DNA of 64,000 bases, from NCBI RefSeq assembly GCF_041956535.1, contig NW_027192214.1, forward strand, positions 97,687 through 161,686, read 5' to 3'. Below are positions 37,135 through 49,314 of the stretch, piece by piece. Positions within the stretch are counted from its first letter, which is position 1. Every line of letters starts with the position of its first letter. The notes under the pieces were generated by a model. That model worked only from the letters and a program-made list of their open reading frames with translations. It ran no database searches and had not been told where the DNA came from. The position numbers and the translations under genes are program-made. The stretch comes from Calcarisporiella thermophila CBS 279.70 (taxonomy: Eukaryota > Fungi > Calcarisporiellomycota).

Positions 37135-37934
37135 GGGCGAAGGGGATGGGGCCGAGGCCCCCGCACCCCCACCAAAATATAGCACATGTACAATTCTGTT
37201 TAGGGGGGGCCGGGGAGGGGGGATTTCTCGGGAGGAAACAGCCTTGATGATATTCCATAGTGTCCTTTCATTTTTGTTCTCTCTATGTCTTCTTGCTCAC
37301 CCACTTTCTTTCTTTGTCTTTTGCTTTGCTTTCTCCCATTTTTTTTTTTTCTGTTCCTCTTCTTTTTCCTCTTTTCTTATTCCTTATATTTCCCTTTCTC
37401 TCTGTTTTCATATATACTTCCTTTTTTTTTCCCCTTCTCTCTCCTCTTTTCTTTTATTTGGGTTAAGTTTGGCATATTTGTTGTTTATTATTAAAGTTTC
37501 CTTGCTATGCTCATTCGACGCTGAGAATGTTCTCTGTGCTGTGCCAAGAGGGGGAGTTTGCTTGGCAAACAAGATTTCTCCCCCCCTTTCGCTTGGACAG
37601 CAAAGATGTATTTAGGGTTGATAGGGGCCGTCCGGTTAAGGAAAGAGGCGGTGGGGGCGAGGAGGCTTGCGTGCTTCACTATGCGTGAAGACCGAGAAGC
37701 GGAGGGGCCCGATGGGCTGCCAGCCAGATGGCATTCAGCGCCTGCAGGCCCGGCCCTGGAGGCTGGCGGGGGAGAACGGCCGCGCATCCGAGGCGAATAC
37801 TAGCGGGGGAGGGGAGCACCAGCCTGAACGGGCGCCGCATTAATCCTCAAACATGCAAGGATCCAGGGCAGCATGGCCTGTGTGAGAGGCGAGGGCCTCG
37901 AAGGGCACCATAGACCCCCCCCCGACCCTCCTCT

Positions 37935-38109
37935 TCAGCCGCTGAAACCTCTCATGATTGAGCCACCGAGTTTGGAGCTGAGTAGACTGGTTGGGAAGCA
38001 GGAGCATAATTGAAAGATACCGAAGCATAGATTCGCGTAACAGGGCGCGTTGGGCAGCCCGTGCCGCATGCTCCTTCCCCTGGGTCATCCAGAGCCGCAG
38101 GCTCATCAC
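37935..38109 (-). ncRNA. Candidate structured RNA bounded by box C/D-like motifs
   Basis: GTGATGA at the 5' end and CTGA at the 3' end, with nested complementary segments; family not recognised. Confidence 0.25.
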
Positions 38110-38278
38110 CGCTAGTAGATTGAGATGAGGAAGATACAGAACAGGGTCAGGCGCGTGGGGGCTAGCCCATTCGCATCATGGCGAGAAAAGGAGAAATCAA
38201 TGTCTATTGAATTGGATAAATTAAAAATAAAAAAGTACATTTGGAAAATGGAAAAAAGAGAATATAAAGATGAAGGCT

Positions 38279-40542
38279 TTAAAACACGCTTCCCAATGCC
38301 TCGAACCAGCTGATCAGACTAGGATCAGTACGGGCAAACCGGCAAAATTCTTCATATGAGATGTAATCTTCATTGACCGGTGCAATGTTGGAAAAGGTGT
38401 GCTCCACCATCTCATCAATGGCTTCCTGAGTCAAGGTTTCCAGGATCGGGTAATTGCCGGCCGCAAGCTCGTCTCCCTCCACCACGTAGTCCATGTGCTG
38501 CGGCTCATCCACTCCCTCCATCCCATTCACAGCACCCTCCATGCCCCCGCCATCTTCCTTCTCTTCCTCATTGCTCCGCTCCTCCCCCCTTTCTCTGTCT
38601 GGAATCCTCCTGTATGTTTCCACAAGCGGGTCTGAGGACTCGGGCGGCTGCTCTTTCTGGTTCGCGGCCATCCCTTGAGCTCTGGCTAGCCGCCTCAGTC
38701 TCTGCCTGCGCCTTCTTGTCCTCAGCTCCATATCCTCTGCCATTCCTTGCTCCTCATCCTCGCTCTCTCCCTGGCTCAGCCCTCCATTTTCCTCGTCGTC
38801 GTCCTCGGGAGGTGGCGGAATGGGTGCGGTGAACGCAGAGGACACCGGCTGACTCGCGGGGAAATTGAATAGGTCTAGCTTCTCTTCCTGCATCGCCCGC
38901 ATGACATCCCGCACCAACTCCATGCTCAGCTGGAAATACGCCCGGAACATCCGCCCAAGCTCATCGCGCGAGATTCGCCCATCGTCGTCCAAATCGTATC
39001 CCTTGAACACATCTTGATACAGAAACAAGCAAACTCGTTAGTTTTGCGCACTCGTGGACAAAAAGAAATGGGTGAACACGGGAGTGTTCGGCCTACATTT
39101 GATCTTTTCCTCCAGATTCCCCTTGCAGAGTATGGAGAGCCCACATACCAACTCGGGGAAATCGATTATCCCATCGTGGTCCTGGTCGAAAAAGTTGAAG
39201 ATGCGGTCCGTGATCAGATTGCGTTCGACCCCCAGCGGCCCCAGGCATCGCTCAAAGGTTTCGCGGTCTATACCACCCCCATTTCCCTCGCCACCACCCG
39301 TGTCACCCGAATTCGAAGACATCTCCCCCGCCTCCTCTTCTTCCTCTTCCTCCTCCTCCTCCTCCTCCCCCGCCTCTCTCCCCTCCTCCTCTTCTTCTCG
39401 TACGGCACCATTGGCCAATCCCTCCGCTGCTTCGTCTTCCTCCTCGTCTTCAAACCCCTCTTCGTCCTGACCCAACTCTGCGCTAATGGTGGGCTTTGGT
39501 TTCCGACGCCGATGCGTGGTGGAAAGCGAGTGAAATTGCTCGTAGAGAGCGGTAAGCTCCACTTGATCGACTAGGACGAGGAGGCAAAAAAAAACATCAA
39601 GCCAGGCCCAAAAGAAATATATAAAAATGAACTTACAGTGCGTTTTCTTCTGAAGCTCTCTGATTTTTTCCAGATTCAAACTTGTGAAATTGGAAGGTTT
39701 TCCTGATACATTAAAAAGCCTGGGTCAGTTCAATTGTAGGATGGCATGAATGTCCATCATGACACAAACCTGGATAGAATACATCCAAAACGGCATTGCG
39801 CGGATTGGCAAGAGGGGGTATTGGAATGCGAATTTTAAGGAATACATGCGTTTTTATATGGCAGTCAGTCGCCTCACATTGCTCACACAAGTCGTAATCG
39901 ACACAATTGGCGCAACGGTATCGGATCCCGCGAATGGGCGTGACCGAGCAAGAATTGCAAGTAATCCCTCCTGGAATAGAGCAACAGAATCGCATCAATG
40001 CCTTAGAGTGTGGAAAAACGCCAAAATAACTTACGATGTATGTAGCCGTCTGATTCATAGCCAAATGAGTTGAATAAAATCGGTTAATATTTCTGAGTGT
40101 AATAATGAATGCCAGCTTTGTTACCCTTTCTCGCTTGATCTTCTGCAATCGCGTAGAGTAGATTAAGTAAGTTGGTGTTTTCATTCTCATCTTTGAACAG
40201 GTCCATCAGATTGTTTTGTATGCGTTGCACATTGCCGCCTGCGGTGGCCGCAGCCGCAACGGCAGCAGCGACAGCGCCGCCAAGCTCTTCCTCATCGACT
40301 CTTCTCTGCTCATCCCAAAACCAAGGCCACCATCGCCGTGACGGGGTTGCGGAAGAGGAGGAGAGCGAGAAGTGAAACGGCCTTCGGCGCCGACGCTGAC
40401 GGCGGCTGGGCGATAAGGGAGGATTACGGTGGTGATACCAAGCAAGTAGGGTGACTCCTGTGAGAACCCCACTGAGGTACAGGAGGGTGCTGGCAGAGAT
40501 ATGGAAGGTGGGTAACCGAGACGTCGTGGCCGTCTCAACCAT
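38279..40542 (-). CDS. ZZ-type zinc finger plus EF-hand protein with N-terminal TM anchor
   Basis: HRGITCNSC...RYRCANCVDYDLCEQCE...HIKTH; EF hands DQDHDGIIDFPE and DLDDDGRISRDE. Confidence 0.9.
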
Positions 40543-40736
40543 CTTAAGAATCCTAACGCAAGCTCAGTTGTATTGCTGAAGCACTTTGATTTCGGGCCAG
40601 ATGCAAAATGTGGCAAAAAAAAAGAAAATATTGCTAAGCCGCAATAAGCCGTTTTGGAAATATTCTAGAGAAAAGCTGCACCTACCCGCCTCTACTTTCT
40701 CTTAGCGGCTGTTCTTAGTCAAGCAATGTCCAAGAC

Positions 40737-43700
40737 ATGCAAAGTACATTACTCGTCAGGAACAATCCCCGGTCTCTCTGCTTACGGCCCGTCCAGATAT
40801 CTGGCGATACGCCGGCAAGCGTCCTAGTGTTCGAGCAATATCACGGCTCGGTGGACCCTAAATGTGTGGTCCGGCTGGTTCCTGTCGATGAATTTGACGT
40901 GAGCAACTACACTTATCTTAATGCACACCCTGTCTACGGATGCCTTGGGCTTATTCACGTCAATAACGGTAACACATTCCCTCCATTCCCCTTCTAATCA
41001 CACGACTCTCCTACATGATTTTCATTGATGACACAGAAATTTTCTTGTCCGTCATCACCGATTGCATTCATCTTGGCAAGATCCGACCCGGAGAATCGGT
41101 GCACCGCATCACCGATGTGGCATTCTATTCGCTCTCCAATGGTCTGTGGGATGATGTCGACTCCTACAATGCTCGGTCTTACGATGAGGATGATGACGGC
41201 ACTCCAGTGGCCCATCCCTGCAATTCGCTCAAAAAATTATTTGCCAATGGTAGCTACTATTTCTCGTCCGATTTCGATCTAACACGAACAGTCCAGGCGC
41301 GCATTACATCGGGCGTGTTTGATTTGCACGCCTTCGACGACCATTTCCTGTGGAACTGGTATTTGCTGAAGGAACTGTTAAAATTCAGGGAAAATTTGAG
41401 TGGGGACGAAAAGATACAGTTGGACCGAGGCGGGTTTTTGGTTAGTGCTTGTCTTTCGATCCATGGAAATGCATAGGTTTGTCATATCCATATGCCCCTC
41501 TGCTCCATTGTAGGTGCTTGCGATTCAGGGCTATGTTGGGATATCAGACACTTACATCGATGGACATAGAGCCCAATTATCTATACTGTCAAAGCTGAGC
41601 TGTAAACGCGCCGGTATAGTCCACCTGTGCCTCTTGGTTGAAAACTAGAGTTAATCCCCCTCCCTCCCCCATGGTCCTTGTAGGCACACGATTCAATACT
41701 CGAGGAATAGACGATGATGGGAATGTGGCAAATTTTGTGGAGGTGCCTATTTGATTTGCGCACTGAAGACGTCACCCATCCACTAACGCGTAGGTTGTAT
41801 TGATTAGACCGAGACCATCTTGCAAACCGACCAGTGGTGTCTAGCTTACACACAAATACGCGGGAGCGTGCCTGGTATGTTGAATTTGCTCTCAAACTTT
41901 CCCCAAGCGTGCCTTGTTCTCTAATCGTTCTTCTCGATACAGTCTTTTGGGAGCAGCAAGGGATCCAGGTGATGAACCACCGCATCAAAATCTCACGCGG
42001 CGCAGATGCAACCCGCCCCGCCAGTGAAAAGCACTTTGCCGAGCAGCTTTCACGGTATGGCCGAGTCCACGCAATCAATCTACTCCAGCAGCGCGAGGGC
42101 TCCGGAGAGCTCACCCTCAGCCAGGCCTACGAGGCACAAACCCGCCTGCTCCGAGCCCAGGGTATGGACGTTTCCCTCACCAACTTTGATTTCCATTCTG
42201 AATGCCGTGGGGGCAATTACGAGAATGTGTCGTCATTGATCCGGCGACTGAACCATCTTGTGAGCGAGTTTGGCTACTTCTTGGTGGAGGGGGAGAGGGA
42301 TGCGGTGGTGTTGGAGCAGAGTGGCGTGTTTCGGACGAGCTGTCTAGATAGTCTAGATCGTACCAACATCGTGCAGAGCGAGTTGTCGCGCCAAGTGATT
42401 CTCCACCACTTGAGGAGTCTTGGTCTGAGCTCGGAAGGGCTGCTACAACATCACTCGATGCTCTGGGCGGAGAATGGGGACGGCCTCTCGCGGATTTACG
42501 CCGGCACAGGTGCGCTGAAAACCACCTTCACCAGGACGGGCAAGGTGTCCTTTGCGACCCTGTTAAACGATGCGACGAAGAGCGTCAATCGCTTTGTGAT
42601 AAACAACTTCCAGGACAAATCCAAGCAAGAGTCCATTGATTATTTCTTGGTAATGTCCAGCACTGAATCGCTTCATGAGTGTATTTGGAGAGGCTCACTT
42701 CTTGGCCATTTCTGTGCTGTAGGGTAAGCTCATGAGCCAGAAGGAAATTATGATACACGACCCTATCCATGAAGCAGTTGCTAAAGACTTGCTCACAAGG
42801 TAATTGTCCATTGCCCATGGTTGGAAGTCCTAAGCAATATTTTGAATTTCCATTGGTTTCCTCTAGAGCCGCAGAATATACCTCCACGAAAAAGATCACT
42901 ATTTTCACCGGCACCTACAACTTGAACGGCAAATTACTAGGCACAGAAACGCTAGATCCCTGGCTCTGGGGCCTCGATTGTAACTCTATTTTGGTTAAAG
43001 TAAACATTTGAGCACGTGGCTGATTTGCTTTTACGATGGTAGCCGCCCAGGATCCCGAACTCTTCGCCATCGCGTTTCAAGAGATTGTCGAGCTCACTCC
43101 GCAACAGATTGTCTCTGCCGATGTGGAGAAGTTGGTGTACTGGGAGAAACAGACCGAGCGAATTCTTAATTCTTCACCAAAGCGCTCTTCCCCACGACAT
43201 CGATACATCATGATTCGCACAGGGCAGCTAGTCGGAGCTGCGCTCCTCATATTCGCACGAGAAGACATTGTGCCCTTTATAAAAAACGTAGAATGCTCGA
43301 TGAAAAAAACCGGATTGCGCGGAATGAGTGGCAACAAAGGTGCAGTGGCGATTCGACTCGACTTTGCCGACACGAGCTTGTGCTTCGTGACGGGCCACTT
43401 TGCCGCGGGACACTCCAACTACGACGAGAGAAATAATGACTATCGGACGATCTCGGAGGGGCTGGCCTTTAAGCGTGGTAGAGGGATTGCCGATCATGAG
43501 TAAGTGGGGCCCATTCCTCTTCTCTAATACTGAGTTTTTTAACGCATGAGTGACTAGCGCGGTAATATGGGCCGGAGATTTTAACTATCGAATCGGCTTA
43601 TCCAACGAGGACGTCCGATATTATGTGCAGCAAGGGAATTTGCTGGAGCTGCTCAAAAACGACCAGGTATTATTGCCTAACCTTTCATCGAGCTCGCTTG

Positions 43701-44837
43701 GCCGTGAGGCTCAAACGATTTTTTTTTATTAGTTACTTCAACAAATGCAGCTTGGTCAAGTTTTCCAAGGGTTTGAAGAGGGTACCATCACATTTGATCC
43801 CACCTACAAGTACGACAACGGCACCCACCATTACGACACGAGCGAGAAACAGCGAATACCGTCTTGGACCGACCGGATTCTCTATCGCGGAAAACCGGTA
43901 TCATCAAGACTTCCACCCAAAAATAAAGCGATATACTGATTTTTCTTTTAATGATCATTAGTTACGGCAACTGGGTTATAGCCGTGCAGAACTCTTGGTG
44001 TCGGATCACCGCCCTGTAATGTCGCTCTTCGAGGTTGACATCCTGGTGATAGATCACGCAGCCAAAGGGAGCCTTATGAATCACCTGTATAAGGAGAAAG
44101 TGAAGGAAGCAGCTGGAAAGGTGGCGGCCCTCAGCGGCATTCCTCCCCAAGAAAAGAAGGCGGTGGAGAGTAGCTTGATGGACACGGGACCACCAACAGG
44201 GGTGCTTGTGGACTTGAGTGTGGATGAGGCGGAGGAAGTGGAAAGTCTGCCGCTTCCGAGTTCACAATCGTTCCGATGGTGGGAGGTTGGACGGGATGCT
44301 CATCCACCAAAGGGGGAATCGAGAGCAACCACATCGAAGAAGAACCCATTCCTAGACGACGAAAGTGAGGAGGAGGGATGGATCGAGGTCAAGCAATGGG
44401 AGGGAGTTCGCCCTGCCCCCTTGGCCCAAAAACAGAGGAAGAAGAAGAACCCATTCTTGGACGAGGACGAGGAGGTCGTATGGAAGGCCGAGATAGCAAG
44501 CGAATTTCAAAACAGCGATAGAAACATGGCGCAAGCCAATTCCGCTACTACATTAGGGGGCGAGTGGTGGGCCGTAGAGAAGCAGCAGTCGTCGGGGGCA
44601 CGGGCCACAGTCAGACCGCTTGTAGAATTGCATGAATCTCCTGAGAAGCAGGAGAGCACTCAAGCACCGAACCCGTGGAAAGTATCTAGCGGCAAGTCAC
44701 TACTAGATGACGATTCTCCGATGGGGGTGATAGACCAAGAAAGGGGAGGAGGAGTGGAGGATAAAAGGGAGGAGGCGGGGGTCGTGGAGGAGAGAGGGAC
44801 GAAGGATGTATTCGCGTTTTGGGCCTCCAAGGCTTAG
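40737..44837 (+). CDS. Synaptojanin-like polyphosphoinositide phosphatase (Sac1 + 5-phosphatase; INP52/53-like)
   Basis: Sac motif [12 protein letters not shown]; 5-phosphatase motifs [35 protein letters not shown]. Confidence 0.95.
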
Positions 44838-44953
44838 CATATTGATTAATTTTCATTTATTAAAGAGAGAAGGAGATATATATTTCTGGTTTCTTCATGT
44901 CTATATATACAAAGTCTATTTTTATTTGTATTCCCCTGCCGCCTTCCTTTTGC

Positions 44954-45512
44954 CTACTCCTGTTGTTGTCGTTGACTTTCCTGCACTTTTTTTAAGAACT
45001 ATCATGATAAAATCACATGTGTCAAGACATCTTTTCCCATAGGAGTCTGCCAAGATGATCATTACCTTCTGGTGTCTTTCCCCAAACCGTGTCCCTGCAC
45101 GCTTAGATAACAGGATAAATTTTTCGGTGCACTTGACTACACATTGCTCCTGTAGATGGATGCAAAGGATTCAGTCCAACTGGGTTAGCTTCATCGAATC
45201 CCCGATGTCCTATTTTACCTCGCGATTGAGCAATGTCCGTGTTGTGAAATCATTCACGCAGTTATTGAAGCATTGTTCTGCAATTTCGAGATATATACGC
45301 ATATTCTCCATCACCTTTCCAAAGAGAAATTCTTTCAATATCACAGAGGTACGTTGGGGGACGGGGATGGGCCTACCTGCTTTTCCTCCATCTTTCTCTG
45401 GAGCTCAAGCTGCTCTTGGTAACTTAAATGTGAAAGATCCTATCGAGTAGAGAGGCTGGTTAATGTCTATGTCAAAAAATGATGAGTGTGCACAATCGCC
45501 GATCCCAACCAT
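44954..45512 (-). CDS. TIM9: Mitochondrial small Tim chaperone Tim9
   Basis: Exons 45510-45512, 45377-45439, 45219-45314, 45066-45149 and 44954-44998 give MDLSHLSYQEQLELQRKMEEKQVMENMRIYLEIAEQCFNNCVNDFTTRTLLNREEQCVVKCTEKF...RF; twin CX3C; all introns phase-0 GT-AG. Confidence 0.9.
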
Positions 45513-46114
45513 TATTTTTGATCAATTATATAATTAACAATAGGGGCAATTCGAATACACCTCCACGCAGCCGTGAAAAATGGAAAATGATAGTCATAAA
45601 AAAATAAATAACAGTCATATGGCTTATGCGATGCGTTCTCGAAGGTATAAATTGGCTCCTCGCTCTCGTTTCTCTTTTTTTCTGTCTTGAACGAGCTTTT
45701 CCTCATTAGAAGAAAATTTCTCTTCATGTGTTTCTTCTTCAACTGAATTAGCTCAAGAACAAATTCATGGCGGATTATTAGGCAAGCTAATCTAGACTTT
45801 ATTGTTGTGGTTTTCTTGTCACCTGCCCTCCATATATTTCATTGCACAAATGAAAAGTTTTGTTTACACTTGAAAAGATGTATCCTTCCATTTTCCCTGC
45901 GAGAATGACACGTAAAAAAAAAAGATACAAAGTGATTTGTTGTGGATATTCCCTTTTCAAATAGAATGCTCGCGAGGGTCCATCCTATTTGAAAAGGAGC
46001 TAGTTTCGCTTCAAGCCTAGGAGACGAAGATGATAAAACATGATAGAGAGAGGATATTTTATATTTTTTTATTTAAAAAAGTATGCGCATAGAAATAAGG
46101 TATCCATTCTCCCC

Positions 46115-47192
46115 TCATTTGCGTTGCTTTTGAGCCAAAAAGTCAGAGAATTTCTGGAAAGGCGCCGTCTGGAACTCCGTCTCTCGCCAGAGATCAGGAG
46201 TCAAGAAAGAATAGGTATTGCCAATGGCCGCAAAGGTTGCCTTGACAAAGTTGCCCATAGTACGGGTAGAGCCACGGGAGGTTGTGTAGCAGTCAGTGAC
46301 ACCAGCAAGCTGCAAAAGCTTCTTAGGAGTGGGGGCGGCAACAATGCCAGTGCCGCGAGGAGCAGGCACAAGACGACAGATGACTGAACCGCATTTGCCA
46401 GTAACCTAAGAGGAAAATGACGATGCGAGATTGATTAAAAAGAAGCGCCAAAAAAGAGGAATATGATTTGTACCTTGGCTGGGACAGTGTGGGGCTCACC
46501 AAGTTTCGAACCCCAGTATCCTCGGCGCACTGGAATCACGCTCAATTTGGCCAAGATAATGGCACCGCGAATGGCAGTGGCCACTTCCTTGGAGCACTTG
46601 ACACCAAGACCGACGTGTCCGTCGAAATCGCCAATGACCACGAATGCCTTGAAACGGGTGCGCTGGCCGGCACGCGTCTGCTTCTGAACGGGCATGATCT
46701 TCATCACTTCATCCTTCAATTTGGGAAGGAAAAAGTCCACGATTTGGTATTCTTTGATCGGCAGCGAAAACAGATAGATCTCCTCCATCGACTTGATTTT
46801 GCCATCCTTGACAAGGCGTCCGAGCTTGGTGACGGGGACCCTGATGGATTTGAGGTGACTTAATAAAGGGGAGAAGCATCTAGATCGGTCAAAATTAAAT
46901 TACCATTCACCCTTTTCGTCGTCTCTACGACCACGTCCGCGACCTCCACGGCCACGTCCCCGACCACGTCCGCGTCCGAATCCGCCACGTCCTTGAGTGA
47001 AAAATGATCATAATTAATGATCGATGGATCGAGATTGCAAAGGAAAAAGGTGAAAATGCGCTAAAAACAGGGTGCCAAACAAGCCCAAACATATACAATC
47101 CTCATTCTACCATTTGCTCGAGCAATTAAAAAGCATTTCTGAAATGGTCACTTACCACCGCGACTATCGGCCGGTCCAGAAGAGTCAGCCAT
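46115..47192 (-). CDS. RPS2: 40S ribosomal protein S2 (uS5)
   Basis: RG-rich N-terminus, W|[35 protein letters not shown]. Confidence 0.97.
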
Positions 47193-47819
47193 TTGCTAGG
47201 GATCCAAAGAAAAACATTAATCTCTGCGGTGCACCGCTGGCTCATCTTCACTCCATTGCACCTCGGGCAGAAGCGGATGGATGGATGAGTGATATAAAAG
47301 TCTACTCACATAATCCCTTTCCTTCTTGTTGGAATCCGCGTATACCGGAAAGGAGGAACTTCTATAGTCGCCTATGCAACGATGCTTTTCAGAACAAATC
47401 TAACCTAACCTAAATAGGAGGGTGTGGCTTGTAACCGCCGGTTATTGCTCAGAGGGTCAAAGGGACTGAGCACGGAGGACAACGTGTGGTGTGAATAGAG
47501 GATGCGTTGAAATGCACTAGGAGGATGGGCAAAATATACGCGCAGTAGGTGGGGAGGGACACACAGCCATGGTGCATGAGCATATATTTGCATTTGTCTT
47601 TTCTGAGTTTAATTAGTGGCCAATGGGACCGAGGGCGAAATTATTTCTTAACGCGTTTTACGCGTTTCATTTCACCCAGCACTCTCTCTTTTCGCACTCA
47701 CTGAGTTTTTCTGAAGCTTTCTAATCATTCTGAACGCTCTCAACTAACCTCCTGCTAACCTTCTACTAAACAATTTTGCATTTCCAAACTATTGCTAACC
47801 ATTTGTTTTCTCTTCCAAG

Positions 47820-48721
47820 ATGGGTCAATCTTTTGCTAAAATTTCCTCCAACAAAACACAGGTGGATCCAAATTGGCAACTAAATGATTCTAACCATAAT
47901 TACCATTACAGAGATAGGTCTACCGCAGGTAGTGGGCACAAGAAACGGAATAAATCTAAAAACAAGAACAGGATATCGAAGGATATGATCGGATTACCCC
48001 AAAACTTCCAGGTGATATTGCAAGTGCCATTACTCCATTAACGGCAGTTTATTCACCATTTTCTTAATCTCTAGCACAACGGACATATTGGCATCGACGA
48101 CATGACGAGCGTCAAAGATGTAAATGCTACTTCAATCTGGAAGCCTTTTCTGCAAACGACTAATTCGATATTATTATAGTTTAACAAACTCTTTATCCAG
48201 CTAGATGAGGTCGCACTCGCACTCCAGGTAGACCCTACTGCCGAACCACAAACTTGTGGAAAATCAACGCAGCCCGTAAGCATTCAAATAGGAGCAGCAT
48301 GGCTGATTCCTATTTAATCCTCTCCAAATTTTAGGGCCCTCGTCCTGCAACTCGAGCTCCAAAAGAGGCCTTGCCAAGGAAGCCTCCTATTCATACGCTC
48401 CCCTCCCAACCATTGCCCGCCTACCACCCAGCTGCGCCTAAATGCAAGCCAACATCGATACAAACTTCTTTCCGCCCGGCCCAGTCGCCTATAATTCAGA
48501 AAAAAGTATTCCTACGTTTAAAAGATTTTCTGGGACCGCATTTGCCTAACATTGGTTTATCTTAGCGCTGGGCATTTGCACAGAATTATCTTCGACGTTC
48601 GGTAGACTATGCCCCGATGTCTCCTCTGTCGTCCCATTTTCAAGCCTTTGCTTATCAAAACATGCCGTATGGTCAACAACCATCTCTCGTTCGAAACCCT
48701 CGTACTGAATTAGTATATTGA
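47820..48721 (+). CDS. Small CRIB-domain Cdc42/Rac effector (SPEC/CDC42SE-like)
   Basis: Spliced RISKDMIGLPQNFQ|HNGHIG CRIB; five exons; N-terminal MGQSFA. Confidence 0.8.
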
Positions 48722-49314
48722 CTTTATGCTTTTAATTTTTTGTGTACAATTGCGCTCTGTTTTTCAAACTTGCTATTTAGATATGTTTGTGAATTTCGTT
48801 ATTTCAATGGTTTAATGTGCTTGTCTTTAAATTTTATTATAATAAAAAGTACCGCTGCTTTTTGTCATCCCTCCCTGTCCATTGCCTGGGTAAGCCAGGT
48901 CTGAATTAGATCGCTGAGCCATCCCAACTCTGCCTAGTATAGAGAGGGATGCCAACCAAACTCTGTTAAAAAAAGGGGGAGCACACGTGAGGAATTAGGG
49001 TGTGGCACGCTGTAGAGTTGCATGCTTCCAAATAACGTCCAACCCAAGTATGGAAAGGGCGTTTGAAAAGCATTAGGTTGGGTATGAATTTGCAAGTTAA
49101 TACTTTGTTTGCGCAATAAAGCTTTGGCTACTAATCTAATACAAAGCTCGTAACTCTGGCCTCGCTTCTATGCCTATCACGCTACCAAAAGTTGCAAACT
49201 TTCAGCAGCATTTTTAGGTTAGGTTATCACTTCCAATTCATTTCATTACCCCACATTTTTCATTTTGCGAGGCTAAAAGAAATCTCTTCATTATCTCAAT
49301 GATAACAGAACGCG

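Noticed and set aside
37611-37645. Minus-strand CAACCCTAA (telomerase-template-like) and TTCCTTAAC (U12 branch-point-like)
   Set aside because: No pseudoknot context, no host reading frame and no well-placed splice sites; short motifs expected by chance.
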